Both the position numbers and the translations under genes were made by a program. A stretch of 63,914 bases of DNA, counting the filler, from Octopus bimaculoides (taxonomy: Eukaryota): the NCBI RefSeq assembly GCF_001194135.2. It is 4 parts of 4 records of this genome, joined end to end, with 100 filler letters (N's around TTAATTAATTAA, not from the genome) between each part and the next. Parts side by side here need not be neighbours in the genome. Positions count along the whole stretch, not along the records: positions 14,045 to 44,485 come from NC_068983.1; 3 more parts are not named here. One strand, 5' to 3'. The notes beneath the pieces were generated by a model that saw only the letters and a list, made by a program, of their open reading frames with translations, was not told where the DNA came from and did not search any database. The stretch's first letter is position 1. Every line of letters begins with the position of its first letter. Positions 21,121-34,401 of this stretch are shown here, piece by piece.

Positions 21121-21780
21121 AATACAATTGTACTTTTGGAAGATGTAGGGTCACCCGAGGATACAAGATGAGCATTATTTGTAAGACTTTGCTTTGAGAT
21201 ATACCTAGATTGAGATTTCTGCAATGTGGTGCATAAATTGTCAAGTAAAGGAGACGCATCTTTGCCTCCACTGATTCATTGCAAAGTGCCGAGTAAAGTT
21301 ATTTGGTTGCAGACCTCCTTTGAGTCTTTTTATTATCACTGGGTCAGAGATAGTNNNNNNNNNNNNNNNNNNNNNNNNNNNNNNNNNNNNNNNNNNNNNN
21401 NNNNNNNNNNNNNNNNNNNNNNNNNNNNNNNNNNNNNNNNNNNNNNNNNNNNNNNNNNNNNNNNNNNNNNNNNNNNNNNNNNNNNNNNNNNNNNNNNNNN
21501 NNNNNNNNNNNNNNNNNNNNNNNNNNNNNNNNNNNNNNNNNNNNNNNNNNNNNNNNNNNNNNNNNNNNNNNNNNNNNNNNNNNNNNNNNNNNNNNNNNNN
21601 NNNNNNNNNNNNNNNNNNNNNNNNNNNNNNNNNNNNNNNNNNNNNNNNNNNNNNNNNNNNNNNNNNNNNNNNNNNNNNNNNNNNNNNNNNNNNNNNNNNN
21701 NNNNNNNNNNNNNNNNNNNNNNNNNNNNNNNNNNNNNNNNNCACACACACAATAGGGACCTTAGCTCTCACATTTTAGAG

Positions 21781-21982
21781 CTCCAGCCATGAGTTTGAAT
21801 GGCTTCCTTGGTCATATTGGCGATATGAGGGCGGGCGTTGTCGTGCAGCAGAAGAGCTCCATGTTGCCGATTAGGTCTTTTCTCTTGAATAGCCGTGTTG
21901 AGTCGTTCCATCCGTTGAGCATAGAGTTCCGTGTAGACCGTTTGGTTCCGTTCAAGCAATTCGTAATGGATAATCCCTTCCC
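21781..21982 (-). mobile_element. Mariner transposase fragment
   Basis: EGIIHYELLERNQTVYTELYAQRMERLNTAIQEKRPNRQHGALLLHDNARPHIA...HGW; partly repeated at 22540-22601. Confidence 0.9.
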
Positions 21983-23439
21983 NNNNNNNNNNAGTCTTTT
22001 TATTATCACTGGGTCAGAGATAGTCCCCAGATGGTAACATTGGTTTCAAGGCATTCCCAGATAAGTGACTGGTTATTGAAAGACATTTATAGATTGCAGA
22101 TTTATTCTGAACAGTTACCTATCGGCATAGCGATCATTGACAAACTCCAGAGATGACACTTTCATTTCCCCTTAGCCCTCAGGTCACACAGTTGTTAATG
22201 TTTATTTGAGTTGGGTCACGCCCTTCCAATTGCTATAGAGCCGTAATGCATCTTACGGCTGTGCCCGTCACTTGTATGGTGAGGAATCCTACATTGGGAA
22301 GTGGTAACGACTAGGGTTGGGTAGCTGGCTGCTTATTGTGATCATTCGTCGTTTGGTTTCCTGTAGATTTGCTCTCTTTTACAAACCCAGTGAACATACA
22401 TATATTTCCGATTTCAAAGAAATTTGAACAATAGATATAAGACCCAAGTTAAAAAGATTCCCAACAATTCAACTTCTCTAGTTGACTTTAGGACACCCCC
22501 CCCACACACACACACACAATAGGGACCTTAGCTCTCACATTTTAGAGCTCCAGCCATGAGTTTGAATGGCTTCCTTGGTCATATTGGCGATATGAGGGCG
22601 GNNNNNNNNNNNNNNNNNNNNNNNNNNNNNNNNNNNNNNNNNNNNNNNNNNNNNNNNNNNNNNNNNNNNNNNNNNNNNNNNNNNNNNNNNNNNNNNNNNN
22701 NNNNNNNNNNNNNNNNNNNNNNNNNNNNNNNNNNNNNNNNNNNNNNNNNNNNNNNNNNNNNNNNNNNNNNNNNNNNNNNNNNNNNNNNNNNNNNNNNNNN
22801 NNNNNNNNNNNNNNNNNNNNNNNNNNNNNNNNNNNNNNNNNNNNNNNNNNNNNNNNNNNNNNNNNNNNNNNNNNNNNNNNNNNNNNNNNNNNNNNNNNNN
22901 NNNNNNNNNNNNNNNNNNNNNNNNNNNNNNNNNNNNNNNNNNNNNNNNNNNNNNNNNNNNNNNNNNNNNNNNNNNNNNNNNNNNNNNNNNNNNNNNNNNN
23001 NNNNNNNNNNNNNNNNNNNNNNNNNNNNNNNNNNNNNNNNNNNNNNNNNNNNNNNNNNNNNNNNNNNNNNNNNNNNNNNNNNNNNNNNNNNNNNNNNNNN
23101 NNNNNNNNNNNNNNNNNNNNNNNNNNNNNNNNNNNNNNNNNNNNNNNNNNNNNNNNNNNNNNNNNNNNNNNNNNNNNNNNNNNNNNNNNNNNNNNNNNNN
23201 NNNNNNNNNNNNNNNNNNNNNNNNNNNNNNNNNNNNNNNNNNNNNNNNNNNNNNNNNNNNNNNNNNNNNNNNNNNNNNNNNNNNNNNNNNNCGTTTGACG
23301 AAAATTTTCGTGCAAAAGTTGGTTTAATCATTCTTCATTGAACTAGAAAAAAAAATAGATTCCAAAATGATTCAAAAACAGAATTCTCGAAAAAATAGAT
23401 TCCAAAATTTTAAAATGCAATAAATTCCAAAATTTAAAA

Positions 23440-23470
23440 AAACGGTGGGAACTTAGTTGCCAACCCAATA
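23440..23470 (-). mobile_element. Mariner-type terminal inverted repeat (probably the 5' end of the 21.8-kb mariner)
   Basis: Reverse complement TA|TTGGGTTGGCAACTAAGTTCCCACCGTTT resembles mariner TIRs. Confidence 0.6.
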
Positions 23471-24118
23471 GGTGCTAGGTTTTCATCTATGCAATCAAGT
23501 ATTACTAAAAACTGTTTGCCCCCGTCCTTCACCTACAGAAACAGAACCACTTTTAAACAGCACAATATATTTTTTTCTTTTCATTCATGAAAAATGATTC
23601 GCTTATTCAATTTTACATTGCTCTTATTCAGTTTCTTTTATAGGCCCGATGACGTCAGACATATTGAGGGCAGTTTTTTCCTTTCTTTCGTTGATTTTTT
23701 TTCTATAGGCAGACATACATTGACGTCTAATAAAAGAATTAAGAGATATATTAAATTTCCCACAGCTGGATAGTTTTCATGGTTCAGTCGTTCTATTCTA
23801 ACATGTTATGGCCGCACAAACAAAGAAGAAAATTGCTGAAGTAGCCTGAATAAGTCAATTGAAACGTCATATTTGTAACTATCTTTAGACCAAATCCTCT
23901 ATCGTGGGGAGTAGTAAATTTTTCAGTTGTGAAAAAATTCATAGGTTTAAAACTTATACGAAAGTAACGGACACACCAGTTGATAACCGGATATTGTGTC
24001 TAAGCAACATGAGAAACACAGATATGATTTGAGGGAGAGTTAGAGTTGACGGTTGTTTCTTTCCAGAGCTCCATAAAAGTCAAAATATTATCTCGCATGT
24101 TAACCTAACATTCTAAAG

Positions 24119-24392
24119 CAGTGGTTTCCAAACTTTTTCAGACTGCTGCTGCTGCTGCTTCCGTGGCAGTCGGGCCACATTCCTGGCGCTCCCCAGTCAT
24201 CACCAGAAACATAGACCACTTTCTGCAGCAAATTCATAACAACTGTATTTCACAAATAAAACATAACCTAATTAACCCATAATTTTGTTGTTTTTACATC
24301 CATCGCCCTCTTTTGGCCACCCCATTATCGCCCCACTTATTTTCAATGCCCCACTTCCTGGATTTTTCCACCACCCACTTTGGGAACCACTG
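24119..24392. mobile_element. hAT/Charlie-type MITE
   Basis: Ends CAGTGGTTTCCAAAC and CTTTGGGAACCACTG; flanks ttctaaag / tgcttaaag form a degenerate 8-bp TSD. Confidence 0.75.
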
Positions 24393-24409
24393 TGCTTAAA
24401 GTCTCACTT

Positions 24410-24590
24410 GCTATTTTGTCGTGCCTTGGGAGAGTCATTACACCAATAATAACAATAATAACACATGCTCAGGTTCAATTGCACTTCCCTATTGTTATTA
24501 TTAGTCTATTGGTTTGATATCTAATCAACTAACAAAATCGATCGTTTGTTTAAAGTGTTGGTTAACCAATCAATCGGTTGCGAGAGGGAT
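24410..24590 (+). repeat. Single copy of the repeat that is tandem at 47040-47850
   Basis: cttgggag-gtcat-a--ccaataataa...aggttcaatt-cactt...aatcgat-gtttgttt. Confidence 0.7.
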
Positions 24591-24794
24591 GTAAGGAATG
24601 TGTGCAGAAATAAGAGCAAGTTTGACAGAATGTGATTGATATAACCGAATCTGGATACACGTCTGAATCGATTGACAATCAGAGAAAGAGAGAGAGATAG
24701 AAGGAGACAAAGGGACAGATAGAGAGGGGAGAAATATGGTCGGACAAGGAAACTATTTGAGACTAAAAAGATTACGTAAGGCCAAATATATTTT

Positions 24795-25155
24795 TTACCT
24801 TTTACTTGTTTCAGCCATTTGATTGCGGCCATGCTGGGGCAGAGCCTTGAAGAATTTCTAGTTGAATGAATTCACCCCAGTACATTTTCTTTTAGCCAGG
24901 TACTTATTCTATTGATAACTTTTGCCGAAGCGCTAAGTTACGTGGGCATAAACTCACCAACGCCGGTTGTCAAGCAGTGGCGGAGGACAAACAAACACAC
25001 ACACATATACGACAGGCTTCTTTCAGTTTCTTTCTGCCAAATCCACTCATAAAGACTTTGGTCGGCTTGAGTCTATAGTATAAGACACTTGCCCAAAGTG
25101 CAATGCAATAACATTGAACCAGGAACCATGTGGTTGGGAAACAAACTTCTTACCA
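24795..25155 (-). mobile_element. OR2-like CORE-SINE
   Basis: Reverse complement of the 53225-53615 copy. Confidence 0.8.
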
Positions 25156-25204
25156 CACAGCCACGCCAGCGCCGAAATGAATGAATCATATATATTTTCT
25201 ATTT

Positions 25205-25235
<31 letters not shown>

Positions 25236-25331
25236 CTTGTTCGTTGAATGTAAGAGAAAATAGTGTTTTTAAGATGCCTCCACCTAAATCAGAAAGGGTA
25301 TAAATTTGGTTATATCGAAGCAGATCTAAAT

Positions 25332-25635
25332 CAGGGATTCTCAAGCAACTTTTTTTTTATCTATAGACCCTTCGATTACTATTTTACTCTAGTGGACCCC
25401 CATAGTCATACGATGTTTAAAAACTAGTTTTATAGAAACTCCTTTCAAAATTCCTATTTTGTTTTCCACACATTCACTTGTATAGGTCGTAAAATGTTGG
25501 AGAAAGAATTCTACTAATACATACCAAAAATGTGCATGCAAAGCAAATTTTTTTCAGGGGCTCTTAAAAATACTACTGTGGATTCCCAGTATACTATTTT
25601 GTTGCGTGGATTCCCCATCCCACGTGATCTTACAT
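25332..25635 (+). mobile_element. Truncated hAT/Charlie-like MITE
   Basis: atctaaat|CAGGGATTCTCAA start; right end not found. Confidence 0.5.
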
Positions 25636-25728
25636 GGACCCTGGTCGATAGCCACAAAATCACGATGCTTCACTTTGCAATCATAACTTCAATTTTCAAT
25701 CGGAAACAAGATTCACAGTGTGACAAAC

Positions 25729-25777
<49 letters not shown>

Positions 25778-26409
25778 TTATATTTATATTTATATATATA
25801 TATATGTCTATGCGATGATTTGGTAAGTGATGTTGTGTTTTACAATTCTGTAAATAATAACATTTTATACGCATACATACGTACGTATGTANNNNNNNNN
25901 NGGTCATTCGGAGTTTTCTTTCGTCAGTCGAATTCCAAATTATTTTTGCAATTTCGGCTGGTTATACTCGAGACTGTTCCAATTTGGCCAGACACAAGGA
26001 AAATCTAAGCTGAGAGCATTAGACTCTTTGGAAGAAAGCAGCGAATGTATACGAAAACAAGGACGGGAAAAAAAAAACGGAGAAATGGTACACAAATACA
26101 AATGCAAACAGGTGTCTTTCGACTAAGGACGAATTACATTAAGTTGGCATGTGTGGAAGTGAAGCCTTACGGCAGGGACATAAGAGATGACAGGTATGGG
26201 AAAGAATATAGATGTTGCACGGATGGCAGTCGAACCAAGAAAGAAAGTTCAGGCTTGGCCGAACACCAGTCACGTGGAAGGAGAGGAGAGAGGTAGAGGC
26301 AGAGGGCTAGAAGAATTAATGAGGGACGAGAAAAAAGAAAAGGGACAGAGTGAAGTGGAAGAAGAGGGAAGGTGAGAATGGAGGGAAGGCCAGGAAACGT
26401 GAGAGAGGG

Positions 26410-26490
26410 GAGCGTTCAAATTCCACCGAGGTCGGCTTTGCCTTGTATCCTTCAGGGTCGATAATAAGTACCAGTTGAGCACTGTTCAGT
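26410..26490 (+). mobile_element. Nin/Deu-like SINE fragment
   Basis: gttcaaattccaccgaggtcggctttgccttgtatccttcagggtcgataataagtaccagttgagcactg. Confidence 0.7.
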
Positions 26491-26630
26491 CATGTTGAAG
26501 TGCCGACAAACATTACTTGCTATTACAGCTACTGCGTTCATCTCTTACAGAGATTTTAAAATTAGCTTATTTGCTCATACACACACACGCACGCGCGCGC
26601 GCACACACAAATACGTACATACATAATACA

Positions 26631-26661
<31 letters not shown>

Positions 26662-26812
26662 GCATACAGCATGCAAACACTCACGAACACNNNNNNNNNN
26701 NNNNNNNNNNNNNNNNNNNNNNNNNNNNNNNNNNNNNNNNNNNNNNNNNNNNNNNNNNNNNNNNNNNNNNNNNNNNNNNNNNNNNNNNNNNNNNNNNNNN
26801 NNNNNNNNNNNN

Positions 26813-26866
<54 letters not shown>

Positions 26867-27599
26867 AAATAAAGTCGTGTTCGGTTGGATTAAACTCGGG
26901 ACGTAGAGTGACGAAAATGAAATCTTTTAATTCTTCAAGGCGTTTATTTGATCTCAAGTTCTGTTTCTACAGAATTTATTACACTGGGACCAATAAGAAA
27001 TCTTTAACATTCTCAAGTTCACAGAGAGTGATTGATATGTAACTGTAGCTATACCATCAGCATCAGTATCATTGTCGTCGGCGTCGTCGGCGTCGTCGTC
27101 GTCGTTGTCTGGTCATCGTTACCGCAGTGGCCGACGCCTCCGCCGTCGACCCAAATTTCATTTTTATACAATGTTACATTTGATATGTCCCATTACAACA
27201 CGAAACCTAAATATTTCTGCTATTCACCCCTTCCATATGAGTTTACATTCTAACTTTTCCATAATGTTAAAGTCTTAAACCCAACCTACCCCTTCCCGCT
27301 TTTATTTGATTTACTTCTACAGACAGATGTTCCAGTTTTTCTTTCACCATTTCATATGCCTTCACTTTCCCTTGTGCAATGTTTTCGTTGTGGCCGTCGG
27401 GATATTAGTGGCGGTGATGGTGGGGCTGATAATGATGAAGAAGATGGTGGCGGTGGAAGCTCCAACAACAACTGCAGCAGCAGCAGTAGTAACAAGGGCA
27501 TTGAGAACTGCAGACCTATCACAACAATAACAACAACAATGTTGATAACTACAACATCACAATGACAGCAGCAACAATATAATTCACAACAGCAACAAC

Positions 27600-28960
27600 A
27601 ACGACACTTCAATTATCAGCAATATGAAAGCGAACTCATTTGCAAATGTTTCACAGCAACAATAGGGATAACATACTTTTGACAGTGATTTCAATAAAGA
27701 AAATAGACCCTTTTTGGTAAAACCAAATTTTCTAATTATACCATTATAGAAGAGAAAAGAAAAAGTAGGGCCTAATGAACATATGCCTTTAAGAAATGCA
27801 AAAATAATGAACATTCTGCCTATAAGGAGAGGAAGGGTATTTGGGTCGATGGTGCCCCTGTGCCTTATTAAAGAAGAAGCTAAGAAAATAGTAACAAATT
27901 CGTGCTCCTCAAATAAATATTTATTAATACCAACCTATCTTAGGAAACACGTTAATAAGGTGTCATTTTCAAACATGCCACTTGAATTGAAGTATTAAAT
28001 AATCACAATAAGATCCCTCCTCCAGGAGAACTGGGCTATAATCAAAATAAAATCGGAGATGCTGGTTACACCTAGAACTATGGAGAGTGAGGAATCAACG
28101 AGGCAGGAGAATTAGTTGTCACTTATGCAGTAGCACCAACCTTCAGAAAGCTTTCTCTCATCAAGTAAAGAAATCCCCTTAGCTACCAACACATTAACCA
28201 TATCAACATCAACTACAACCACAATCAGAGCAGCAACAGCAACAGCAGATGAGACCTAAAGCATTGCCAAGACAGCGAAGAAGTTTACTACCACTATCTT
28301 TGAAAGAAGTAGCCTCACAGAAAGAAGTGAAAGAAGTAGCGCATAACTTTCCAAACCAGTACCAACAAAAATACCTACTCTAACACCGACACAAGTGACA
28401 CACAGTAATCAACCTTTACCATATTTCTTTCCGGTTTCTCGGCAAAGGACGAGGAGCAAACTGAAACATGACAAACGATCTTCAGAGGGGCCATGGGAAA
28501 GAAAAGAAAACATCCTAGTCTCACCAAAAAAGATGAAAAAATAGAAAAATAGGTGAAGCACAAAAATCGGTAATCCATCGATACTATCGTGTTAATGACA
28601 TCAAGAACAACAGAAACAGCATCCCAAATAGCAGTCAAAATTGAAACCAGACCACCACTAACAACAACAACTGAAAAACACACACTCATAGTTAAAAATC
28701 AAAAAGAACAACATAATTAATCAAATTCACAAGAAACAAATTCTATCAACTTCACTGTTGTAAGCAAAAATGATAGTGAGTTGGTGAAATACATATCTAC
28801 ATACATGAGAGACAACAACGAAAAAAGAAAAGAAAAGGCATTTGAAGAATTTATTCTCAAAACTCTTGAAGATAGATTTGTCATGATGTTATCAGACGCT
28901 TATGGCAGTCTTTAGAAATTTCCATTCAATGAAAGAATGATTTTTCAAGAGGATAATAAA
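27600..28960 (+). mobile_element. Decayed ORF1/gag-like coding relic of a non-LTR retroelement
   Basis: Long stop-interrupted reading SFANV...IRRGRVFGSMVPL..KEEAKK...YLLIPTYLRKHVNKVSFSNMPLEL followed by Thr/Lys-rich low complexity. The assignment rests on recalled similarity to RRM-type ORF1 proteins. Confidence 0.45.
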
Positions 28961-29371
28961 TAAGAGACTCTTAGAGAGGCTACTCAAGAAACATTAATCC
29001 AAAACGACGATCGGATTCCCCGGCCTTTTCGAAGGTTCTAGTGGGAAGGGTGGTTCTTACCGTGGGTTGTTTGGTCGGTGTAGCGCAAAGGTTTGCCATG
29101 TCAAACGGGTCTGTCCATGACAACTTTCACCTTAAGTGATGCTTCACTTATAGAGAGCGTTGGAACAAAGCTGGCTTCGGTAGTAGAGGTGATGGTGGCA
29201 GCATTAGTAGTAGTAGGAGTAGCAGCAGCAGCAGCCGCAGTATTAGTAGTAGTAGTAGTATCCTTCTTTCTTCCACTTCCGCATCATCGCCATCATCATC
29301 ACCATCACCACCACTACCATGACCTCCATCACTGTCATTTTCCTCCTCCTTATCATCATCTTCATTACTTT

Positions 29372-29407
29372 TTAGCACGACCCTCTATCCAGCTGAGCTA
29401 AGCAGCC
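29372..29407 (-). other. 5' half of a tRNA-like sequence (Ile-like), truncated SINE head or tRNA fragment
   Basis: GGCTGCTTAGCTCAGCTGGATAGAGGGTCGTGCTAA resembles the tRNA-Ile 5' half with an A-box; no T-arm follows. Confidence 0.55.
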
Positions 29408-29644
29408 ATATCTGTGTGTGTGCGCGCGCGCGTGTCTGTGTCTATGTGTGTATATATAAACATATATACATATGTATGTATCTATCTCTCTCACACACGC
29501 ACACTCTCACACACATGCACACACACACATGTGCAGACATTCACACACACATACATACTTACTTATACGCACACATACACAAGCACGTACATAGAGACAC
29601 CAGAAGCAATCCTACTAAACTACGTGCAGAAATACAAATACTCG

Positions 29645-30050
29645 CCCTCTTAATCAGTCAAGCAATCCTGAAACAATTATCGCTGAAGAAGAAGTCACTT
29701 CTATCAAGTAAAATCTAAGCATCATACGCAAACATTATGGTGGAAGGTAAGTTTAAAGAACAATACTTCCACTATAATTCTTCTTTCAGAAATATAGAAA
29801 GAAGGAAAGCAAATTAACTACCTAAGTATTTCGTATTTGAACAACGTGTTACGGCATTCAGCATCAAAAAGAAAATCCTCGAAAAATACAAAGTATACAG
29901 AAATTACACAGAATGTTGCGGTTTATGTTTAGCTGAAAAGAACCTCATACAAAATCTTAAGAAATTCGCACACTGTGCAAATGTCAGGATCAGTGATCGC
30001 CAAATGTCGCCTCTTAAATAGGTATCTATTAAAACATAGCAAGATTATAT
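29645..30050 (+). mobile_element. Second decayed Penelope GIY-YIG fragment
   Basis: EGKFKEQYFHYNSSFRN...KYF...FSIK..ILEKYKVYRNYTECCGLCLAEK...AKCRLLNRYLL pattern. Confidence 0.75.
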
Positions 30051-30760
30051 GCTATCGCTTGATTGAATAGAACTCAACTTAACTAATTAGCAAAAGTAAT
30101 CATACCTTCACTATTTTGTATGTTGGTTTGCATCCAATATCAAAAACTACTGATCTTTATAATCTCTTTTATTTAAAGCACCAGCCTCTACAAATATCTC
30201 CCTTTTCTATATAACAGTACACTCGTTGATATATTAATAATTCCAAATTATTAACTTTCCATATTTAATACTATGGCAGTTTATTTGAAGTTCTTGCCCT
30301 CGTTATTGTCAACCAACCCTAGAGAAATAACACACCCCAAAAACTATGTAATAAATATTATGATATGTAATAAGGTATACTTCGTACAATATTTTCTGAG
30401 ACATAAGGAAATAATTTAGAAATTCTCCAGGTAAACAATAACAATTCATACGTGTACACACACACACACACACATATCAAAACACACTTGTTTGCGCATA
30501 CTCGCACACTCGCACACATGTTAAAATGTTGCATTGTACAACACTAGACTACTGGTTTGAATTCTAAATAAAAGTTAAATTTACTTTGGGATAATCTTCA
30601 TGTATATAAAGTTTACTTGCTCGAATTTTTGGATTCTGAAACATAAGGGCATTATGTTGCAGCACTGCAGAATGTGCAGTTAAGCACAATATATTTTTGT
30701 TTGCATTTGTTATCGTATAACAGTATGGGACAAACTCTCACTCACTTTCCTTCTTTTTGC

Positions 30761-30810
<50 letters not shown>

Positions 30811-31159
30811 CTCTCTCTCTTCTCCCTCTCTCTCTTCTCCCTCTCTCCGCCTTCCCTGCTCCTCTCCTCTCTCCCTCTCCATATAAATATCTATCTAAAT
30901 ATAGATATATTATTTACCTAGTTAATCTTTTACTTATTAATTAACTGATATCGTATACTTACCCATAACTAATCATTATGTTACTTACCATTCCATAGTG
31001 CTACTTAAATCAGTGGGTCACATTCCTTTTTCTCTCTCATATCGTGAACATACTATCAAGCAATCTCAACGATGCTTAAGCATTGAATGTGGAAGATCTC
31101 TAGACTAAGCGTCAAATAAATTTTAAGTGATAATTGTATTGGTGATTCTTTCAATCATC

Positions 31160-31400
31160 GTGTATTAGGGTGTTGCACTATGATCGCAAGACCGTGGTTT
31201 CGATTCCTTGACCGGGTGGTGTATTAGGATCTTGAGCAAAACATTCCATTTTGCGTTTCTCCAGTCCCCTCAGATGTAAGTAAGTAATCCCACGATGGAC
31301 TGGCGTCCCGTTCATGGGGAATGTTGTGATCTCGCTCATTTGTACGCCACGGAAATCAGGCAACTAGCCCTGTGAGTCCTAGACTTCGAGACAGTACTTA
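31160..31400 (+). mobile_element. tRNA-derived SINE with CORE-like and V-domain-like segments
   Basis: ttagggtgttgcac..gtttcgattcc head; cacgatggactggcgtcccgt segment; homologue at 52125-52375. Confidence 0.7.
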
Positions 31401-32202
31401 CATTTATATTACTGGTACTATTTTAGTGACTGAAGAGAAAAGGAAAGAGAGATAGAGAAAGGGAATGAGTAATAAAATAGAAGGGATTCAAGTTTTAAAT
31501 GGCACAAAACTATTTTGTAATATATTTTCTCCAACGTTTTCCTTTCTCAACCTTCTACAGAGAACCTTCTCTGCATAATTGTGGACCAACATTATGTGGT
31601 GTGAAAATTAATTTAAATATAATCTGTTCCAAAATCAATAACAAAACAAAGACGTATTTGTAACGCATTTAATCCTAGTATATTCTGTATATCACTTACC
31701 TTTACTGCCCTTAGGAAAACAACGTGTCTCATAGCTCGTAACATGTGGCTTACTATCCAGTCATTGACTATACCAATGGCATTGATTTCTTAGAAGAAAT
31801 ATTCAGAGTTCGTGGAAACTAATGACAGTCTGCATTTTTTTTAAAATACTGAGTCTGGAGAAAGGAATATTACCTATGGCCTTTGTAAGCTTTGGTAGAC
31901 CAGTGATATTGATGCTATTAATTTCTTACATAACATTTTCCTTAATCAAGACATTTCAAAATATTTTGGAATGTTGTGACTTGGAACTGTTTGTTTAAGA
32001 AATTTCTTACATAATTACTCGATACGCGAATATTAAATGCATTCAGAATATCAATATTTGGTCTTGTCTTCATTAGATCGTAACTTAGCCTGTCAGTGGT
32101 TCATTTACACAGTTAATGTAACAAGGATTTAGAAATGGGATGTGTTAGTGAATACGCATCAAAAATTCTAGTAAAGTGTATCGCATCAAATCATAGCCGT
32201 AC

Positions 32203-32286
<84 letters not shown>

Positions 32287-32499
32287 CATAGTATATATAT
32301 ATAATACGAGTGTTATTTACAAAAGTAAATTTCCAAAATGATTAAGTGGGACATATAATCCTAGTGGATACCGTGTTCGCTCTTATCGGTTATCAATGCT
32401 GGCTAACCACAGGAATGTAGATAAACTCCAGTTAGTTAAAATTTACTATATTCGGTTAGTCATCACGTGGTAATCTCACCCTATTGTTTTAAACCTTCA

Positions 32500-32890
32500 A
32501 CCACATTGTTATGGTAAGACTTAAATTAACAGGGTTGTTAAGCAGAATCGGCAAAAATGAGCTTAGTTCTGTTAGTTACATACTCAGCCGCCATGGTGTT
32601 AAACCAAATCCAGAGCGTGCGCATGTGGTTGTTGAGATGTTACAACCCCCAAGAAATGCAAAACGTGCCTAGAATAGCCACGTATTTTGCAAAATGTTTT
32701 TCTTAATATATCTGTTTTAACACCATTTTATGAGCTTACTAAAAATGACATTGAATTCAAGTGATAAACTGAAAGGACGACAAACACTCCAATTCTGAAG
32801 TATTATGATGTCAAGAAACCAATTATACTTTCTGTAGACAGGTTAAAAGGTGATTTAGACGCATGCGTATTACAGCATAAAGTCAAATAG
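32500..32890 (+). mobile_element. Decayed Ty3/Gypsy RT-RNaseH connection fragment
   Basis: SYILSRHGVKPNPERAHVVVEMLQPPRNAK..ATYFAK..LT-PFYELTKNDIEFK*..TTPILKYYDVKKPIILSVD...LQ. Confidence 0.75.
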
Positions 32891-34401
32891 GGACTAAACT
32901 ATTTATTGAACCAACAAACATTTTGATCAATTAAAAAATTCGTCTGTAACGAAACAAAATTCAATTTTTGATCAAACTGAATTTTGGAGTTGTCCTCTTT
33001 GTCTTTACCAAGTATTATCATTAACGCTAATGATTTTTTTAAATTATGGACGTAATTTTAAACAATGAAAGTAGTTTTAACTCACAGTATTCCTGTGAAA
33101 CTTACCCATTTCATTATCTCAAATGGCTTAATCAGTGAATGTATCTTTTTTTTTTCTTTTCACTAATAACCTATGTATCCTCTTAGTCTAAGATTTGGTA
33201 GGCTCACTCTAAGATTTGGCAAACTCAAGTAAAACTACACTTCACTGAAGAAGTGTAATAAGACCGAAGTATGTTTAAAGTTGTCACTGTAAAGTTGTCT
33301 TGCCTGGTCACTATACTCAGTTTATAATCAAATTTAAATTTCAAATTTATCTTGCTTGCTTTTGGCAAGAATTTTCCAATAATGCTAATGATTTTTATTT
33401 CCATTACGGGTGTAAATTTCATTGTGGGGATGGTTCACTAAGTATATTTGATCATGATTAGTATTATCTCATATATCAACAGTCTGCCATCTGTTGTAAA
33501 CAATACAATATTAACCGAAGCCCTAATGTCAGTAGTCCACGAACTTTCTACGTCCAAGGAGCCCTATTCTTTTAGTGAATTTTCTCACACGCACCAGTCT
33601 TTTAAAAGGCCGTCTATTCAATAACCCTATTTTTATTCAGTAACAACAAATTCGTTTTCCCACTTTATCTTTCAAGAGAAAATGTGTTACGGAGTTAATA
33701 TGTATAAAAAAAACCTTTTAGAATTTTAAATGCAGCTCACGGCAAAAGAGACTGTGAAATGTTGCTTCGATATATTGATTTATTACGTATATTCATTTAT
33801 TTGTAGCACAAGGTCGGCAGATATGTGTAGCAGAAGCATTGGTGCTTATGGAACAACGTAGATAAAACAATAAGCCCCGTCTCCACCTCCGCCTCAACAA
33901 AGGGTATTTTAATCACGGAACGTAAAGGGTACATGACTAAATGCAGCGAGGAATTTAGTTTGACATTCTAGAGTATTTGATATTAACCATACACGGAGGC
34001 TGGATATATATCATCATAGATAGCCATTGTCGAGTGTAATAGCTATTTGAGTGACATGAACAATTTTGATATACTGATTTTTAATGGAGTATTTTAACTG
34101 CAAAAGCCGTCACATAGTTCGTTTACAGTGACATGAAATATTTAGATATACAAAATTATTTATTGGTTACATGCCTTATGAGATTTGCAGACAACTACGC
34201 ATATACACACATATATACACAGAGAGAGGGAGAGATAAAGCACAAGCACATTAAAACTATTATACGCACATGCTCACATCATGGGTATCACTATCATTAA
34301 CATCAAGTAAATCGCACTGACGCAGGCTTGTGTGTTATTTATCCGACACGCATATACGCGCGCGCGCGAGTGTGTGCGTGTCAAAGATATATTTAGACAT
34401 A

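Noticed and set aside
22025-22400. Possible further retroelement coding relic on the minus strand (also 21130-21320 and 43730-44010)
   Set aside because: No motif I could assign with confidence; left unannotated.
21323-22601. Exact direct repeats 21323-21353 = 21994-22024 and about 21742-21831 = 22503-22601 (also 58167-58221 = 58682-58745)
   Set aside because: Each copy ends at a gap edge; best explained as redundant contig ends rather than biology.
31822-31998. 58-codon ORF with a signal-peptide-like stretch (MAFVSFGRPVILMLLISYITFSL), a tempting first exon for the Pvf-like gene
   Set aside because: No convincing donor site, and hydrophobic residues are expected from T-rich DNA.
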